In this document: positions 1-64,000 of the stretch, piece after piece
Layout of the letters: each line of letters opens with the position of its first letter
How positions within the stretch are numbered: the stretch's first letter is position 1
Assembly: GCF_009914755.1 (NCBI RefSeq)
Contig: NC_060943.1
Source: the human T2T-CHM13v2.0 reference genome, Homo sapiens
Length of the DNA: 64,000 nucleotides
Strand: one strand, 5' to 3'
Position numbers and translations under genes: made by a program
Notes under the pieces: model-generated
Told to the model about the DNA's origin: nothing
The model's input: the letters and a program-made list of their open reading frames with translations, nothing else
Database searches by the model: none

Positions 1-101
1 TCTCAGCACTTTGGGAGGCTGAGGCAGGAGGACTGCTTGAGCCCAAGAGTTTGAGACCAGCCTACGCAACATAGTAAGGCCCAGTCTCTACTAATAATTT
101 A

Positions 102-317
<216 letters not shown>

Positions 318-386
318 TTACATTATATACTACAGATATCACATTGTATATTATATATCCACCATGTAATATGTCTATTATATCTA

Positions 387-710
<324 letters not shown>

Positions 711-2468
711 TCAGGAGGCTGAGGTGGAAGAATCACTTGAACCTGGGAGGCAGAGGCTGCAGTGAGCCAAGATGGTGCCACTGTACTTCAGCCTGGGAGA
801 CAGAGTGAGACTCCATCTCAAAAAAAAAAAAAAAAAGAAATCCAACACCTAGACTGGGTGCCGTGGCTCATGCCTATAATCCCAGCACTTTGGGAGGCCA
901 AGGCGGGCAGATCACTAGAGGTCAGGAGTTTGAGACCAACCTGGCCGATATGGTGAAACGCTGTCTCCACTAAAAATACAAAAATTAGCTGGGTGTGGTG
1001 CTGGAGGCCTCTAATCCTAGCTACTCGGGTGGCTGAGGCAGGAGAATCGCTTGAATCCAGGAGGTGGAGGTTGCAGTGAGCCAAGATTATGCCACTTCAC
1101 TCCAGCCTGGACAACAGAGTGAGACTCTGTCTCAAAAAAATAAATAAATAAAGACAAATTCAATACCTCTAGTTCTCTCCCTTTCCATATTTATATCTGC
1201 CTTTTCTGACAGTGAGAAATATGACTTCATTTTCTTAATTTCCTTATCGGTCAATTCTCCTCTATGTTAGCCATCTCTCATCTCCACAGCTGTCCCCTCC
1301 TTCCACCTCCCCTGTGCCCTCTGCACCCAGCTTGGGCTGACTTCCCGAGCTACAGCCCCCCATCCTATTAGCCTAGGGGACTTATGTTTCCTACTTGGGT
1401 GCCCCCCACTGTGCTGAGCTGCTCACATCAGTAAATGCCTCCTTCACCCCACTAAGGCCCTGACACCCCACTTCTGGGCCACTGTGCCCCCAACACCCCA
1501 AGCTGGCCTTGCCTGCCCCACCTCAAACCTTAGAACTTTATCGTTCAGGAAGACAAATTTAGGGAAGGGGAAGAATGCCGATTTCTATTTAATGTATTTG
1601 ACCATATCAATGTTTTCTTTTCTGGCCTCTGAAGTTTGAGTCACGGTCATGCCCATGTTATAAAATAATTTTCCAATGCTTACTTCTCACTCGTTATGGT
1701 TTCCTATCTGATACTGAAGACTTTGATCCATCTGGAGTTTATTCAGTGGGTTATTTTTATTTTTTTATTCCTTCCTTCACTTGGATTGAATGGGTTTTCT
1801 GTATTCCTGCTTTTTCATATTTACTTTTTTAATCAAAGTTATATATGTACACAGTAAAGTCACACAGTGCTACGTGTTCAGTTTAACCTTCCCCATGCTG
1901 TCCCATTGGTAATTGATCTCTGAATTAGTTATAGCAATGTGAAACACTGGGACGGACCCACACTAAAATATCAGTGGTTTGAACAATTTTTTTTTTTTTT
2001 TTTTTTGAGACGGAGTCTCACTCTTTCATCCGGGCTGGAATGCAGTGGTGCGATCACTACAACCTCTGCCTCCCGGGTTCAAGCGATTCTCCTGCCTCAG
2101 TCTCCGGGGTAGGTGGGATTACAGGCACCTGCCACTATGCCCAGCTAATTTTTTGTATTTTTAGTAGACACAGGGTTTCACCATGTTGGCCAGGCTGGTC
2201 TGGAACTCCTGATCTCGTGATTTGCCGGCCTCGGCCTCCCAAAGTGCTGAGTGGCCGTGAGCCACCGTGCCTGGCCTAATTGATTTTTTTTTTTTTTTTT
2301 TTTTACAGAGAGATGGGGTCTCACTATGTTGCCCAGTAGTCTCAAACTCCTGGGTTCAAGCAACCCTCTTGCCTTGGCCTCCCAAAGCACTGGGATTACA
2401 GGTGTGAGCCACTGCACCTGGCCCTACAGTTGATTTTTGTTTCTATTCATGTAAAGTCTAACTAGTAG

Positions 2469-2713
<245 letters not shown>

Positions 2714-2876
2714 TAGTAGAGACGGGGTTTCACCGTGTTGCCCAGGCTGATCTCGAACTCCTGACCTCAGGTAATCCTCCCGCCTCGGCTTCCCAAAGTG
2801 CTGGGATTACAGGCGTGAGCCACTGCGCCCGGCCAGCTTTGCCATTTTCACACGTGGCCTCCAAGGTCTCTCTGGA

Positions 2877-4771
<1,895 letters not shown>

Positions 4772-4940
4772 CTGCTATCTGCATCCAACCGGCAGGTAGA
4801 GAAAAGAGAGAGGGCACATTAGAAGTTCCCTAATGGGTGTGGCTGGAAGTGAGGCAGGGCTCTTCTCATTGGCCAGAACCACTCACATAACCCCAGTGAC
4901 TTGCAAGGGGTGCTGGGAGATATAATCCCCCCAGGGGCAC

Positions 4941-7120
<2,180 letters not shown>

Positions 7121-7804
7121 CTAGATAAGATCCATGGAAGGGGAACACAATTTTTTTTTTTTTTTGAGACAGCTCTCTGTCGCCTAGGCTGGAGTGCAGT
7201 GGCGCGATCTCGACTCACTGCAAGCTCCGCCTCTCGGGTTCACGCCATTCTCCTGCCTCAGCCTCCCTCCTCCCGAGTAGCGGGGACTCCAGGCGCCCAC
7301 CACCACGCCCGGCTAATTTTTTGTATTTTTAGTAGAGACGGGCTTTCACCGTGTTAGCCAGGATGGTCTCGATCTCCTGACCCTGTGATCCTCCCGCCTC
7401 GGCCTCCCAAAGTGCTGGGATTACAGGCGTGAGCCACCGCGCCCGGCCAGGGAGCCTTTAATGAGTTTAAAAGTTGTTGCATTCTTTCCTTTGCTAAATT
7501 TGGTTTCACGGGGAACACATTTCCTGGCCCCTGGGATTTGGGTGTGTATCCTGGTCTGTGACGCAGGCCAGGGGCTGGCATGTGACGCGAACCGGGGGCC
7601 ACTTCCCGAAGCAGGTCAGCGAGAGGCACTCTGGAGCTGTTGCCCAGCCACTAGTGACGTCATGGGCTTTCAGTCATTCCTATTGGGTGCTCTTAGTGCT
7701 CTATCCTCAAACTCCGCAACCGGCCCTTGGAAAAGACTCTGAACTGAGGCTTCTGGAAAAAAGAACCCGAGCTTCCACGTCATTTCAGAAATACCCCCCT
7801 CACC

Positions 7805-7867
<63 letters not shown>

Positions 7868-8258
7868 TTGAAACAAGGTCTGACTCTGTCGCCCAGGATG
7901 GAGGGCAGTGGCGCGATCTCTGCTCACTGCAACCTGGAACTCCTGGACTCAAGCGATCCCCCACCTCAGCCTCCCGAGTATCTGGGATTACAGGTACTCG
8001 CTACCACGCTCAGCTAATTTTTAAATTTTTTGTAGAGATGGGGTTTTGCCATGTTGCCCAGGCTGGTCTCGAGCTTCTGAGCTCAAGCGATCTGCCCGCC
8101 TCGTTCTCCCAAAGGGCTAGGATTACAGGCGTGAGCCACCGCGCCTGGCCCCCAAATTCTTTTATGTTTATAAATTTAAACTGTACGCCGGGCGTGGTGG
8201 CTCACGCCTGTAATCCTAGCACTTTGGGAGTCCAAGGCAGGTGGATCACCTGAGGTCA

Positions 8259-8576
<318 letters not shown>

Positions 8577-8692
8577 TCAGATGTCCTCCCCCAGTGGAGT
8601 TCTAGACAGTGCTCAATTCTCCCGGTAATGACGTGTGCCAAAACGCATGCAGTATTGCCAACCAGGGAGTCTCACCCCAGATCTTAGGATGA

Positions 8693-9331
<639 letters not shown>

Positions 9332-9866
9332 TGAGCCACCACCATGCTGGGCCTAATTTTTGTATTTTTAGTAGAGACGGGGTTTTGCCATGTTGCCCAG
9401 GCTAGTCCCGAACTCCTGGGCTCAAGGAATCTGCCCGCCTCGGCCTCTCAAAGTGCTGGGATTACATTCGTGAGGCACCGTGCGCAGTCCGGGGGACAAA
9501 ATTTTAAACAAGTGTTGGTCATGTAAGCATGGCAGACTGCACGTGTGACTGACCTCAGATACTCCAGCTGCCTCCTCCTGAGGGGTGGACTAGAACAGGG
9601 ACTGGTAACCAGGGGTTAAAGGATCGGGACCTGACGCCTAAATCTTTTGAATTTACATGCAAAATATGGGCATATAACATGAGCAGTGGTTCAGGATGTG
9701 GGCAATGAAGAGAGAGAGCCTGAGTTCCCCCACCTCTTACTACTGGAGTAACCAGGGGCAGGAGACTTCTGAATTTCAGTATTCTTATCTGCACAAGTGG
9801 AAACGAGAGAAATACTGTAGGGCAGTGCCTTCTAGCGGGCTTAGAGGAAGCCTCTGGACATGGTAG

Positions 9867-10061
<195 letters not shown>

Positions 10062-10440
10062 TAATTTTTGTATTTTTAGTAGAGACGGGGTTTCATCATG
10101 TCGGCCAGGCTGGTCTTGAACTCCTGACCTCAGGTGATCCGCCCACCTCAGCCTCCCAAAGTGCTGGGATTTACAGTTGTGAGCCACCCCGCCCAGCCAG
10201 ATGTTCAAATTTTGATATGGATTAAATTCAGTTACTAGATCACTTTTTTTTTTTTTTTTGAGACAGGCCCTTACTGTGTTGCCCAGGCTGGAGTGTGGTG
10301 GCACGACCCCATGGCTCACTGCAACCTCGACCTCGTGCTCAAGCAATCCTCCCACCTCAGCCTTCTCAGTAGTTGGGACTGCAGGCAGGTGCCACCATAC
10401 CCAGCTAAGTTTTTGTTGTTGTTGTTGTAGAGACCAGGTG

Positions 10441-10792
10441 CATGCTGTTAAAACTAACTACCCGAGACTGGGTAATTTATAAAGAAAAGAGGTTTAATTG
10501 ACTCACAGTTCCACAGGGCTGGGGAGTCCTCAGGAGACTTACAATCATAGCAAAAGGGGAAGGGGAAGCAAGGCACGTCTTATATAGTGGCAGGAGGGAG
10601 AAAGAGCTAGAGGAGGGAACCACCACAGTTTCAAACCATCAGATCTTGTGCGAACTCACTCATGACTACGAGAACAGCATGGGGGAAACTGCCCCCACGA
10701 TCCAGTTACCTCCCACCATGTCCCTCCCTGGACCCGCTGAGATTATAATTCATAATGAGATTTCAGTGGGGACACAGAGCCAAACCATATCA
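10441..10792 (-). mobile_element. THE1/MST (MaLR) LTR inserted within an old Alu
   Basis: gagactgggtaatttataaagaaaagaggtttaattgactcacagttcc...gacacagagccaaaccatatca; the Alu resumes at 10793. Confidence 0.85.
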
Positions 10793-11097
10793 GTTGCCAA
10801 GGCTGATCTTAAACTCCTGGGCTCCAGCAATCCTCCTGCCTCAGCCTCCCAAAATGCTGGGATTATAGGCATGAGCTACCGTGCCCAGCTGCATCGTCAT
10901 CTTAATACTATTGTCTTCCAGTCTATAAACTTGGGATGTCTTTCCATTTATGTCTGTTACGAATTTCTTTCTTTCTTTTGTGTATTGATTGTCAGTCTTT
11001 CACCATTGAGTAGGATGTTTGCTGTGGGTTTTTCATAAATGCCTAAGCCAGTGTTTCTGTTTTGTTTTGTTTTCTTCTTTTTTGAGATGGAGTCTAA

Positions 11098-11554
<457 letters not shown>

Positions 11555-11780
11555 TAGTAGAGACAGGGTTTCACCATGTTGGCCAGGCTGGTCTCCAACT
11601 CCTGACCTCAGGTGATCCACCCGCCTCGGCCTCCCAAAGTGCTAGGATTACAAACTTGAGCCACTATGATCAGCCAGCCAGTGTTACATCACCTCAGGGG
11701 AGTCTTTCCAAACACTCATCCCTTGAGATGTTTGTAAACTTGTATAATGCCCTAAAAATGGTTTTAACCACTCACACATT

Positions 11781-12996
<1,216 letters not shown>

Positions 12997-13530
12997 CATT
13001 GCTAACTGATGAAATTGTATTTGGAGACTCACTCTGTAAATTGCCTCTTTCCTTAGTTTTCCATTTTTTATTTTTAGTTTACTTATTTATTTATTTTGAG
13101 ACACAGTGTCACTCTGTCACCCAGGCTGGAGTGCAGTGGCTCAATCTTAGCTCATTGCAAACTCTGCCTCCCGGGTTCAAGGGATTCTCCTGCCAGGCTG
13201 GTTTCACTATGTTGGCCAGGCTGGTCTCAAACTCCAGACCTCAAGTGATCTTCCCGCCTCGGCCTCGGAAAGTGCTGGGATCACAGGTGTGAGCCACTGC
13301 GCCCGGCCTTCTCCTCTTTTGGCCTTTGACTTTATACTCAACACTGACCACCAGATGGTGCTGCAGGCACACCACAGCGTGGCCTGACACACAGCACGCT
13401 GTGGCTGGGTTATTACAGCTGAGATGTATTTACCTGGATTTATTATTTTATTTATTTATTTATTTTTCAGTAGGAAAGGTAGGGCCCGCTATTTACCAGG
13501 TTTTTTTTTAAGTGACAAAGACTGTCTTAA

Positions 13531-13582
<52 letters not shown>

Positions 13583-13640
13583 CTTATAAAACAGTTTAAC
13601 GGCCGGGCGCAGTGGCTCATGGCTTAATCCCAGCATTTTA

Positions 13641-13949
<309 letters not shown>

Positions 13950-13953
13950 CTAA

Positions 13954-14278
<325 letters not shown>

Positions 14279-14514
14279 TAGTCCTGTTTGTTATTTTAAA
14301 ATGAAGACATCCTTAAGCATGAAAATGTCTTTAAATATTTTGAAAAATGTTTTCTAAAGCCATGAAGGCCTATAGTACCCTAAGTCTTATATAATTAAAT
14401 TATAATTAAAGATTTAATCTGGCTGGGCCTGGTGGCTCACACCTGTAATCCCAGCACTTTAAGAGGCCGAGGCTGGAGGATCACAAGGTCAGGAGATCGA
14501 GACCATCCTGGCTA

Positions 14515-15170
<656 letters not shown>

Positions 15171-15213
15171 TGAACCCTTTGGTCCCAAGACCCCTTCACA
15201 TTCTCAAAAATCA

Positions 15214-15414
<201 letters not shown>

Positions 15415-15417
15415 TCA

Positions 15418-15855
<438 letters not shown>

Positions 15856-15958
15856 TCACGCCTATAATCCCAGCACTTTGGGAGGCCGAGGCAGGTGGAT
15901 CGTGAGGTCAAGCGATAGAGACCATCCTGGCCAACATGGTAAAACCCCTTCTCTACTA

Positions 15959-16147
<189 letters not shown>

Positions 16148-16301
16148 TTACATTGTACCTGCTCTAGAAAAGAAAAAAGAAAAAAAAATCATTGATGATA
16201 GTCTCTTAGGCTGGGGGTGGTGGCTCGTGCCTGTAACCTCAACACTGGGAGACCAAGGTGGAAGGATCGTTTGAGATCAGCCTAGTGGGACCTTGTCTCT
16301 A

Positions 16302-16463
<162 letters not shown>

Positions 16464-16647
16464 TTAGGCAGGCATAGTGGCACATGCCTGTGATTCCAGC
16501 TGCTTGGGAGGCTGAGGTGAGAGAATTGTTTGAGTCTGGGAGGTCGAGGCTGCAGTGATTACTGCAGTACACTGAATGCGTCACTGTACTCCAGCCTATA
16601 GATATACATGTGTGTATATATATATGTAGGGGTGACGCTTGTGAATT

Positions 16648-18174
<1,527 letters not shown>

Positions 18175-18283
18175 AAAAAAATATGGAATGCTTTGCGAAT
18201 TTGTGTGTCATCCTCGCACAGGGGCCATCCTAGTCTTCTCTGTATCATTCCAATTTTAGTATATGTGCTGCCGAAGTGAGCAC
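18175..18283 (-). pseudogene. Full-length U6 snRNA retropseudogene (probably RNU6-317P, by recall); 5' part of a U6/L1 chimera
   Basis: Reverse complement GTGCTCACTTCGGCAGCACATATACTAAAATTGG...TTCCATATTTTTTT has ~10 mismatches to U6. ACAGAGA box is intact but the AGC triad reads AGG. Confidence 0.96.
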
Positions 18284-18747
18284 ATGGATTGTTTTATCAA
18301 GGGAAGAAAGCTTCCCAGAGGCCTCCAGGCAAGTTTCCCTTAGGATCCCCTTGGCCTCTAACCTTTCCTTGAGGGATCATTGACAATGGGAAATGAGAGG
18401 ATGTGGTAATGGGTCTGCTGACGCCGTAAAAAACTGGACTTTCAGTGTCAACGCCGATGGCTGCTGGATAGGCCACAGATCATGTTTGCCAGAATAGTCC
18501 CACAGGGTGTCCCTCCAGCAAATTGGATCAAGGAGATTAAGCACCACACCTGAGGTCACACAGCCAGCCGATAACCAAGGCAGTCTGTGAATTCGAATCT
18601 GCAAGAGGATGTGCCTCGTCCATCCGAATGCCTGGCTTTCTCTACACCTCCACATAACAATTATAATATGAAAAGGTATATGTGGGCCAGGTTGGGTAGC
18701 TCATGCCTATCATCCCAGCATGTTGAGAGGCCGAGGCAGGTGGATCA

Positions 18748-19592
<845 letters not shown>

Positions 19593-20101
19593 TGAGAGTA
19601 TCGTGCCTCACTCCACACCCACTAGGGTCCCGTGACTACAGTCCTGGCTGAGGGCACTGGGCCACGTCTGGGTGTAGAAAAGACCCTTTGGGCCAGGTAG
19701 CAGACTGCAGGCTGGAACAAGGGTGCCAGTAGAAGACAGCAGCTGAGCTGAGGCCAGGGCCTAGGGGACAAAGAGGCGGGGGAACGGACAGCAGAGTCGG
19801 GGGCAGGAGGAACAGGGATCGGGGCCTCGTGGGCTTTGAGAGAAAAGGATGCAGCACCTAGGGGTCCGGCCTAGAGACTGGGAGACGGGAAAGTAGGGGA
19901 GGAGCTGGTTGGTGGGGGGCAGATAGTAAGTTCAGTGCCGGAGACATGAAATGCTCCCCCAGGTTGGAGAAACCATCAGAACACTGGGGGCTCGGATGAC
20001 TGAGTCCTTCAGAATAAAATGGGCTGAGGAAGCAGGATTCCTGGGTTAAAGCCCCAGAGTCACGTCACTGAAGAAGCCTGACAATGTGTGTTCTTTGGCA
20101 T

Positions 20102-20354
20102 TTTATTTCAAAATTGCAGCAAAGACAGAGAAAAAAAAATCAACGGCAGCACCAGGGGTCTGGCCTGAGAACGGAGAGATCCGGAATCGGGGCCAAGGTG
20201 TATCCTTGACCGCACGACAAGGAGTAATGGGCGGACCTGAACCCGCGACGAGGGGCTGGGGGCCAAGATGCCTGGGTCGGCCCTTACGGCTTTGGGAGTG
20301 TCGCAACCACATGGGGGCGCCAGAGACCCAGACGCCGCCCGCTGGCCTTTTATT
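20102..20354 (-). terminator. BCAT2: Two tandem AATAAA poly(A) signals in the BCAT2 3' UTR (20354-20349 and 20107-20102)
   Basis: tttatt on the + strand about 95 and 340 nt beyond the stop codon. Confidence 0.8.
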
Positions 20355-20448
20355 TCGTATTGCACTTCAGGTGAGTCATTGGTAGGGAGGCGAGTGCTGG
20401 CGTGACGAGATGCTACGGGTCGGTGGATCTGGAGCACAGCCTGCAGCT

Positions 20449-36029
<15,581 letters not shown>

Positions 36030-36305
36030 GATCCGTGCGGCGCGTAACTGTGCCCGCCCGGGGCGCGGCTCCGAAGAGAGACGTTCCGGCCACGCCCCGC
36101 TCACGCCTCCTTCTGGGGGAAGGCGGCCGACCAGCGCCCCAGGCCGTCCCAGCTCCAGGGCGTCGGCAGGGAGCCGGACACTGCTGCGGGGCGCAGGCGC
36201 TGGTGGGAGGGCAGGACTTGAAATACGGTCCCTGCCAGGCGAAGTGGCTCAGGTCTGTAATCTTAGCACTTTGGGAGGCCGAAGCGGGCGGATTACCTGA
36301 GGTCA

Positions 36306-36650
<345 letters not shown>

Positions 36651-36735
36651 CTACTAAAAATACAAAAATTAAGGCCAGGCACGGTGGCTTACGCCTGTAA
36701 TCCCAGCACTTTGGGAGGCCGAGGTGGGCGGATCA

Positions 36736-37229
<494 letters not shown>

Positions 37230-38011
37230 CTACCCCCACAGTGCCCCCAAGTCCTGTCCCCGGGTCACTATCCTGCCACCCCTAACAGCCACAGGCCCAA
37301 ACAGCCAAACCGCGGGACCCTTCCCTCACAGGGCGTCGCCCTGTTTTTCTGCGCTCCGCCCCAGTCCTCCTGCCCCACCCGCCAGCCCCGGGCTGTAGGG
37401 TCGGGGCCCACTGACAGCTCCCGCCCCCGCCGCGGCCAATCAGCGGTTGGTGCACACGCCCCCCCGGCCACAGCCAATCCGCAGCAGCCCTGCAGCTCCA
37501 CCCCTCACCTGGGGGACGCCAGCGCACCCGGGCCCTGCCCCCCCCCTGGGTCCAGCTGGGGAGTCTGCGTCCCCCAGTGCCCTGCGGACCAAAACCCAGG
37601 AGTTTCAGCCCCTCCTCCCTCTGATCCAGATGTCTCAACCCCCTACTTTCTCTTCCCTTTGGACTTTTCTTGCCAGCCACCTTCCTATTCTACAGGCAGT
37701 GAGAGGAAAACTCCTTTTCCCTGAGGGCCAAGAGTAAGAGGGCCTTCTGCGTCTCCCCCTCCATTACCTCCTAATTAGCGCTTAATTTACTCTCCCCTGC
37801 GGGCCTTTAGTTAGCGCGCTGGTGAAGCCAAACCGCTCTACCCTTCCCAGGAGCCCCTGGCGACAGCGACAGGGCTAGCAACATCAGGCACCTGCTTGCT
37901 GCAAGGCCTGGGGTTGGGGGGCGGGGGGAGCTGCAGTCCTTCAGGGTCGAGGCAACTTGTGGGTCTGGGGTGCAAGGGCTAAGTGGGGCAGAAGGACTCG
38001 TCTAAAGGATG

Positions 38012-38064
38012 GGAAATAAATAATAACGATATCCTCCTCCTTCTGGCTGCAAATCGTTTTTATG
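38012..38064 (-). terminator. HSD17B14: Probable HSD17B14 poly(A) site: variant CATAAA (38064-38059) followed by a U-rich downstream element
   Basis: No AATAAA seen on the sense strand of the 3' UTR; CATAAA is followed ~35 nt later by TTATTATTTATTT. Confidence 0.6.
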
Positions 38065-38197
38065 GGAACCTGCAGGGTGACCCGGCACCTTGCTAACTGG
38101 GCTTAGAGTCTAAGGGCTTGGGGGCTGCATCTGATACAGGTTGGAGTTTGGGGTGGGAGAGTCCTAGGAAGGGGGCCCCAAGTAGAAATGAGAGAAA

Positions 38198-61290
<23,093 letters not shown>

Positions 61291-61443
61291 CCCGTGTACG
61301 TCGGTCTCTCTCTCTCTCTACTCTGGGCCTCTTTCACCTCCAAAGCCCCGTGAGGCCGTCGCATCAAATCCTCAATAGAGGCTGGATCCTGGAAGTCCGG
61401 CCTCGGGGGGCGTTGCCAGGAAGGCTAGAGACCTGGAAGTTTG

Positions 61444-61930
61444 TCCCCAGCCCCTCCTCCCTCAGACACTCCTCTCTTCCCACAGACCCAGGAATCCAGG
61501 AGCCCCAGTCCCTCCTCCCACAGACCCAGGAATCCAGAAGCCTCAGTCCCTCCTCCCTCAGACTCGGGAGTCCAGGCCCCCAGCCCCTCCTCCCTCAGAC
61601 TCGGGAGTCCAGCCTCCCAGCCCCTCCTCCCTCAGACCCGGGAGTCCAGCCTCCCAGCCCCTCCTCCCTCAGACCCAGGAGTCAGGGTCCCAGCCCCTCC
61701 TCCCTCAGACCCGGGAGTCCAGCCTCCCAGTCCCTCCTCCCTCAGACCCAGGAGTCAGGGTCCCACCCCTTCCTCCCTCAGACCCGGGAATCCTGGCCCA
61801 GCCCCCTCCACTCTCAGACCGAGGGATCAGGTTCTCTATCCCTTCTTCCCAGAGACCTATAAGTCCAAGCCCCCTGTCCCTTCCTCTCTCAGGACCCAGG
61901 AGTCCACGACTCCAGCTCTGCCCCTCAGAG
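61444..61930. repeat. MSR1 minisatellite array, ~12 units, between the PLEKHA4 poly(A) site and the HSD17B14 promoter (C-rich on +)
   Basis: Tandem CCCCTCCTCCCTCAGACCC(A/G)GGAGTCCAG...CAG. Confidence 0.92.
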
Positions 61931-61989
61931 ACACCAGTGCCACAACCCCAGACAGACAGAAAGAAAGCTATTGACTAAAAGTTCAAAGT

Positions 61990-61995
61990 TTTAAT
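61990..61995 (-). terminator. PLEKHA4: PLEKHA4 poly(A) signal ATTAAA
   Basis: tttaat on the + strand ~175 nt after the stop; GU/U-rich tract further downstream. Confidence 0.75.
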
Positions 61996-62167
61996 CCAAA
62001 TTTAGACAGTGTTGAGAAAACCAAACTTTGGCCATAGAAACCATTCCCCTCCCGGGCCCGCAATGGGGACCAGACCACGCCCCCTGATGCCCTGAGTGGT
62101 CCCAGATCTCCGGCGGTACCTCCAGACCACGTCCTCGCGCTCCGATTGGCTGCCGCTTTTGGGCGGA

Positions 62168-62430
62168 TTAGAAGCTGGATTGTAGCAGAGTGACTCGCAG
62201 AGGCCATGCCCCCTCGTCTTGTGGCAGGACCGGAGGGGCGATCCCGGCATCCCACGCGGGCCCCCAGGGGGTGGGACCTCCTCCACGCCCACTCCCTCGG
62301 CGAGAGAACCCCGTGGAACCCGAATTAGCCACCGGGGGAGATCTGGGGGGAGGGGTCTCCTGGCGCGTGGGGTCCGAAGGAGGCAGCGGCACACCGGGAA
62401 GAGGGTCTCCCTGGGAGTCCAAATTTCCAC
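62168..62430 (-). CDS. PLEKHA4: PLEKHA4 last exon coding part (GGNLDSQGDP...VTLLQSSF*)
   Basis: CAG|GT acceptor at 62431-62432; ORF 62168..62452 ends LLQSSF-TAA, the recalled PLEKHA4 C-terminus. Confidence 0.92.
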
Positions 62431-62473
62431 CTGGAGAGGATGAGTGGGACATGAGAATGGCAAACCTCAGCGC

Positions 62474-62885
62474 TAGGACCCCGGATTCCCAGCCCCTCCT
62501 CCCTCAGACCCAGGACTCCGGATTCCCAGCCCCTCCTCCATCAGACCCAGGAGTCCAGGCCCCCAGCCCCTCCTCCCTCAGACCCAGGAGTCCAGGCCCC
62601 CAGCCCCTCCTCCCTCAGATCCAGGAGTCTGGATACGCCAGTCCAGTCCTCTTTGAGACTCAGTTGTCGGCCCTCTCCCCGCCCCCTGACCTCTTCCTCC
62701 CCTCCTCCCAAGTGTCCCGGACCCCAGTCACCTCTTGCCTGAGACCTAAAACTCCCAAACCCTGCCCAACTCTTTACTCACCAAGATAAAAAATTCTCAC
62801 CGGCCCCCAGACCCCTCCTCTCCAGGACCTGGGATTCCAGGTCTCCAGCTCTCTCCTCCCTAAAACCCAGAAGTCCAACATCCCC
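62474..62885. repeat. MSR1 units (~4 good, then degenerate) in the last PLEKHA4 intron (C-rich on +)
   Basis: Same 37-bp unit. Confidence 0.85.
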
Positions 62886-62895
62886 AGCCAGTCAC

Positions 62896-63008
62896 CTGTC
62901 ATCATTCTGTGCCACTGCGACGCCTCAGTAGCCAGGGCTTGGGAGAGGCTGAGAACCCGCTCCCGGTGACCTTCGGAAGTCGGCAAGTAAGGGGTGGTGT
63001 TCCTTGGA
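62896..63008 (-). CDS. PLEKHA4: PLEKHA4 penultimate exon (PRNTTPYLPT...WHRMMT); the gene continues beyond the window end
   Basis: 113 nt, polypyrimidine tract + TAG acceptor, ACAG|GTGAC donor, frame-compatible with the last exon. Confidence 0.9.
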
Positions 63009-63029
63009 CTAGAAAAAAAAAGAAGATTG

Positions 63030-63769
<740 letters not shown>

Positions 63770-64000
63770 TTAAACATGGCACCGCCCTCATACCGCCCAC
63801 ATGCATTACGGGATTTGTAGTCCACTCGCGCGTCACTATCACCCAATTTCCTTGATGCAGAAGTAGGATCTGCTATTGACCAAGGGAATTTGAGGAACTA
63901 AAGATATCACTACGGATCTAGGGCTTTCTGGTTTTGTTGCAGATGCCCCGGGAACTTAAGCATCTCTAGAAGGGTTGCGATTTGTACTTCCATATTCAGG

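Noticed and set aside
18175-18283. Functional U6 snRNA gene
   Set aside because: About 10 substitutions including the catalytic AGC triad, no recognisable PSE/TATA upstream, and fusion to an L1 3' end
62002-62463. Alternative 153-aa frame over the PLEKHA4 last exon
   Set aside because: The phase of the preceding exon selects the frame ending QSSF; no support for the other frame

Overview
Human genomic DNA, recognisable as chr19q13.33 from its gene content (by recall this is the interval just beyond FGF21, which lies outside the window). It is extremely Alu-rich. Three genes lie head-to-tail on the minus strand. BCAT2 is complete (11 coding exons, 36029->20449, 392 aa). HSD17B14 is complete (9 coding exons, 61290->38198, 270 aa). 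PLEKHA4 contributes its last two exons (63008->62168). All splice junctions were read by hand, are GT-AG and keep frame. The first ~20 kb is intergenic and made of nested retroelements: MLT1, MER21, solo LTR13, THE1/MST, solo LTR10C and a U6/L1 chimeric retrogene. HSD17B14 intron 5 holds a BC200-derived retrocopy, a 1.3-kb GAT/GGT repeat and a solo LTR6. Several arrays of the chr19 MSR1 37-bp minisatellite are present; one fills HSD17B14 intron 2. Nearly all ORFs in the supplied track are Alu or tandem-repeat artefacts. I found no convincing wholly new biological system. The best leads are: (1) frame-compatible read-through junctions PLEKHA4->HSD17B14->BCAT2 across non-canonical poly(A) signals; (2) oppositely oriented MSR1 arrays bracketing the HSD17B14 5' end; (3) intragenic clusters of ZNF143/THAP11-type motifs; (4) the chimeric and nested retrocopies. 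Repeat subfamily names come from recalled consensus sequences, not a database search.
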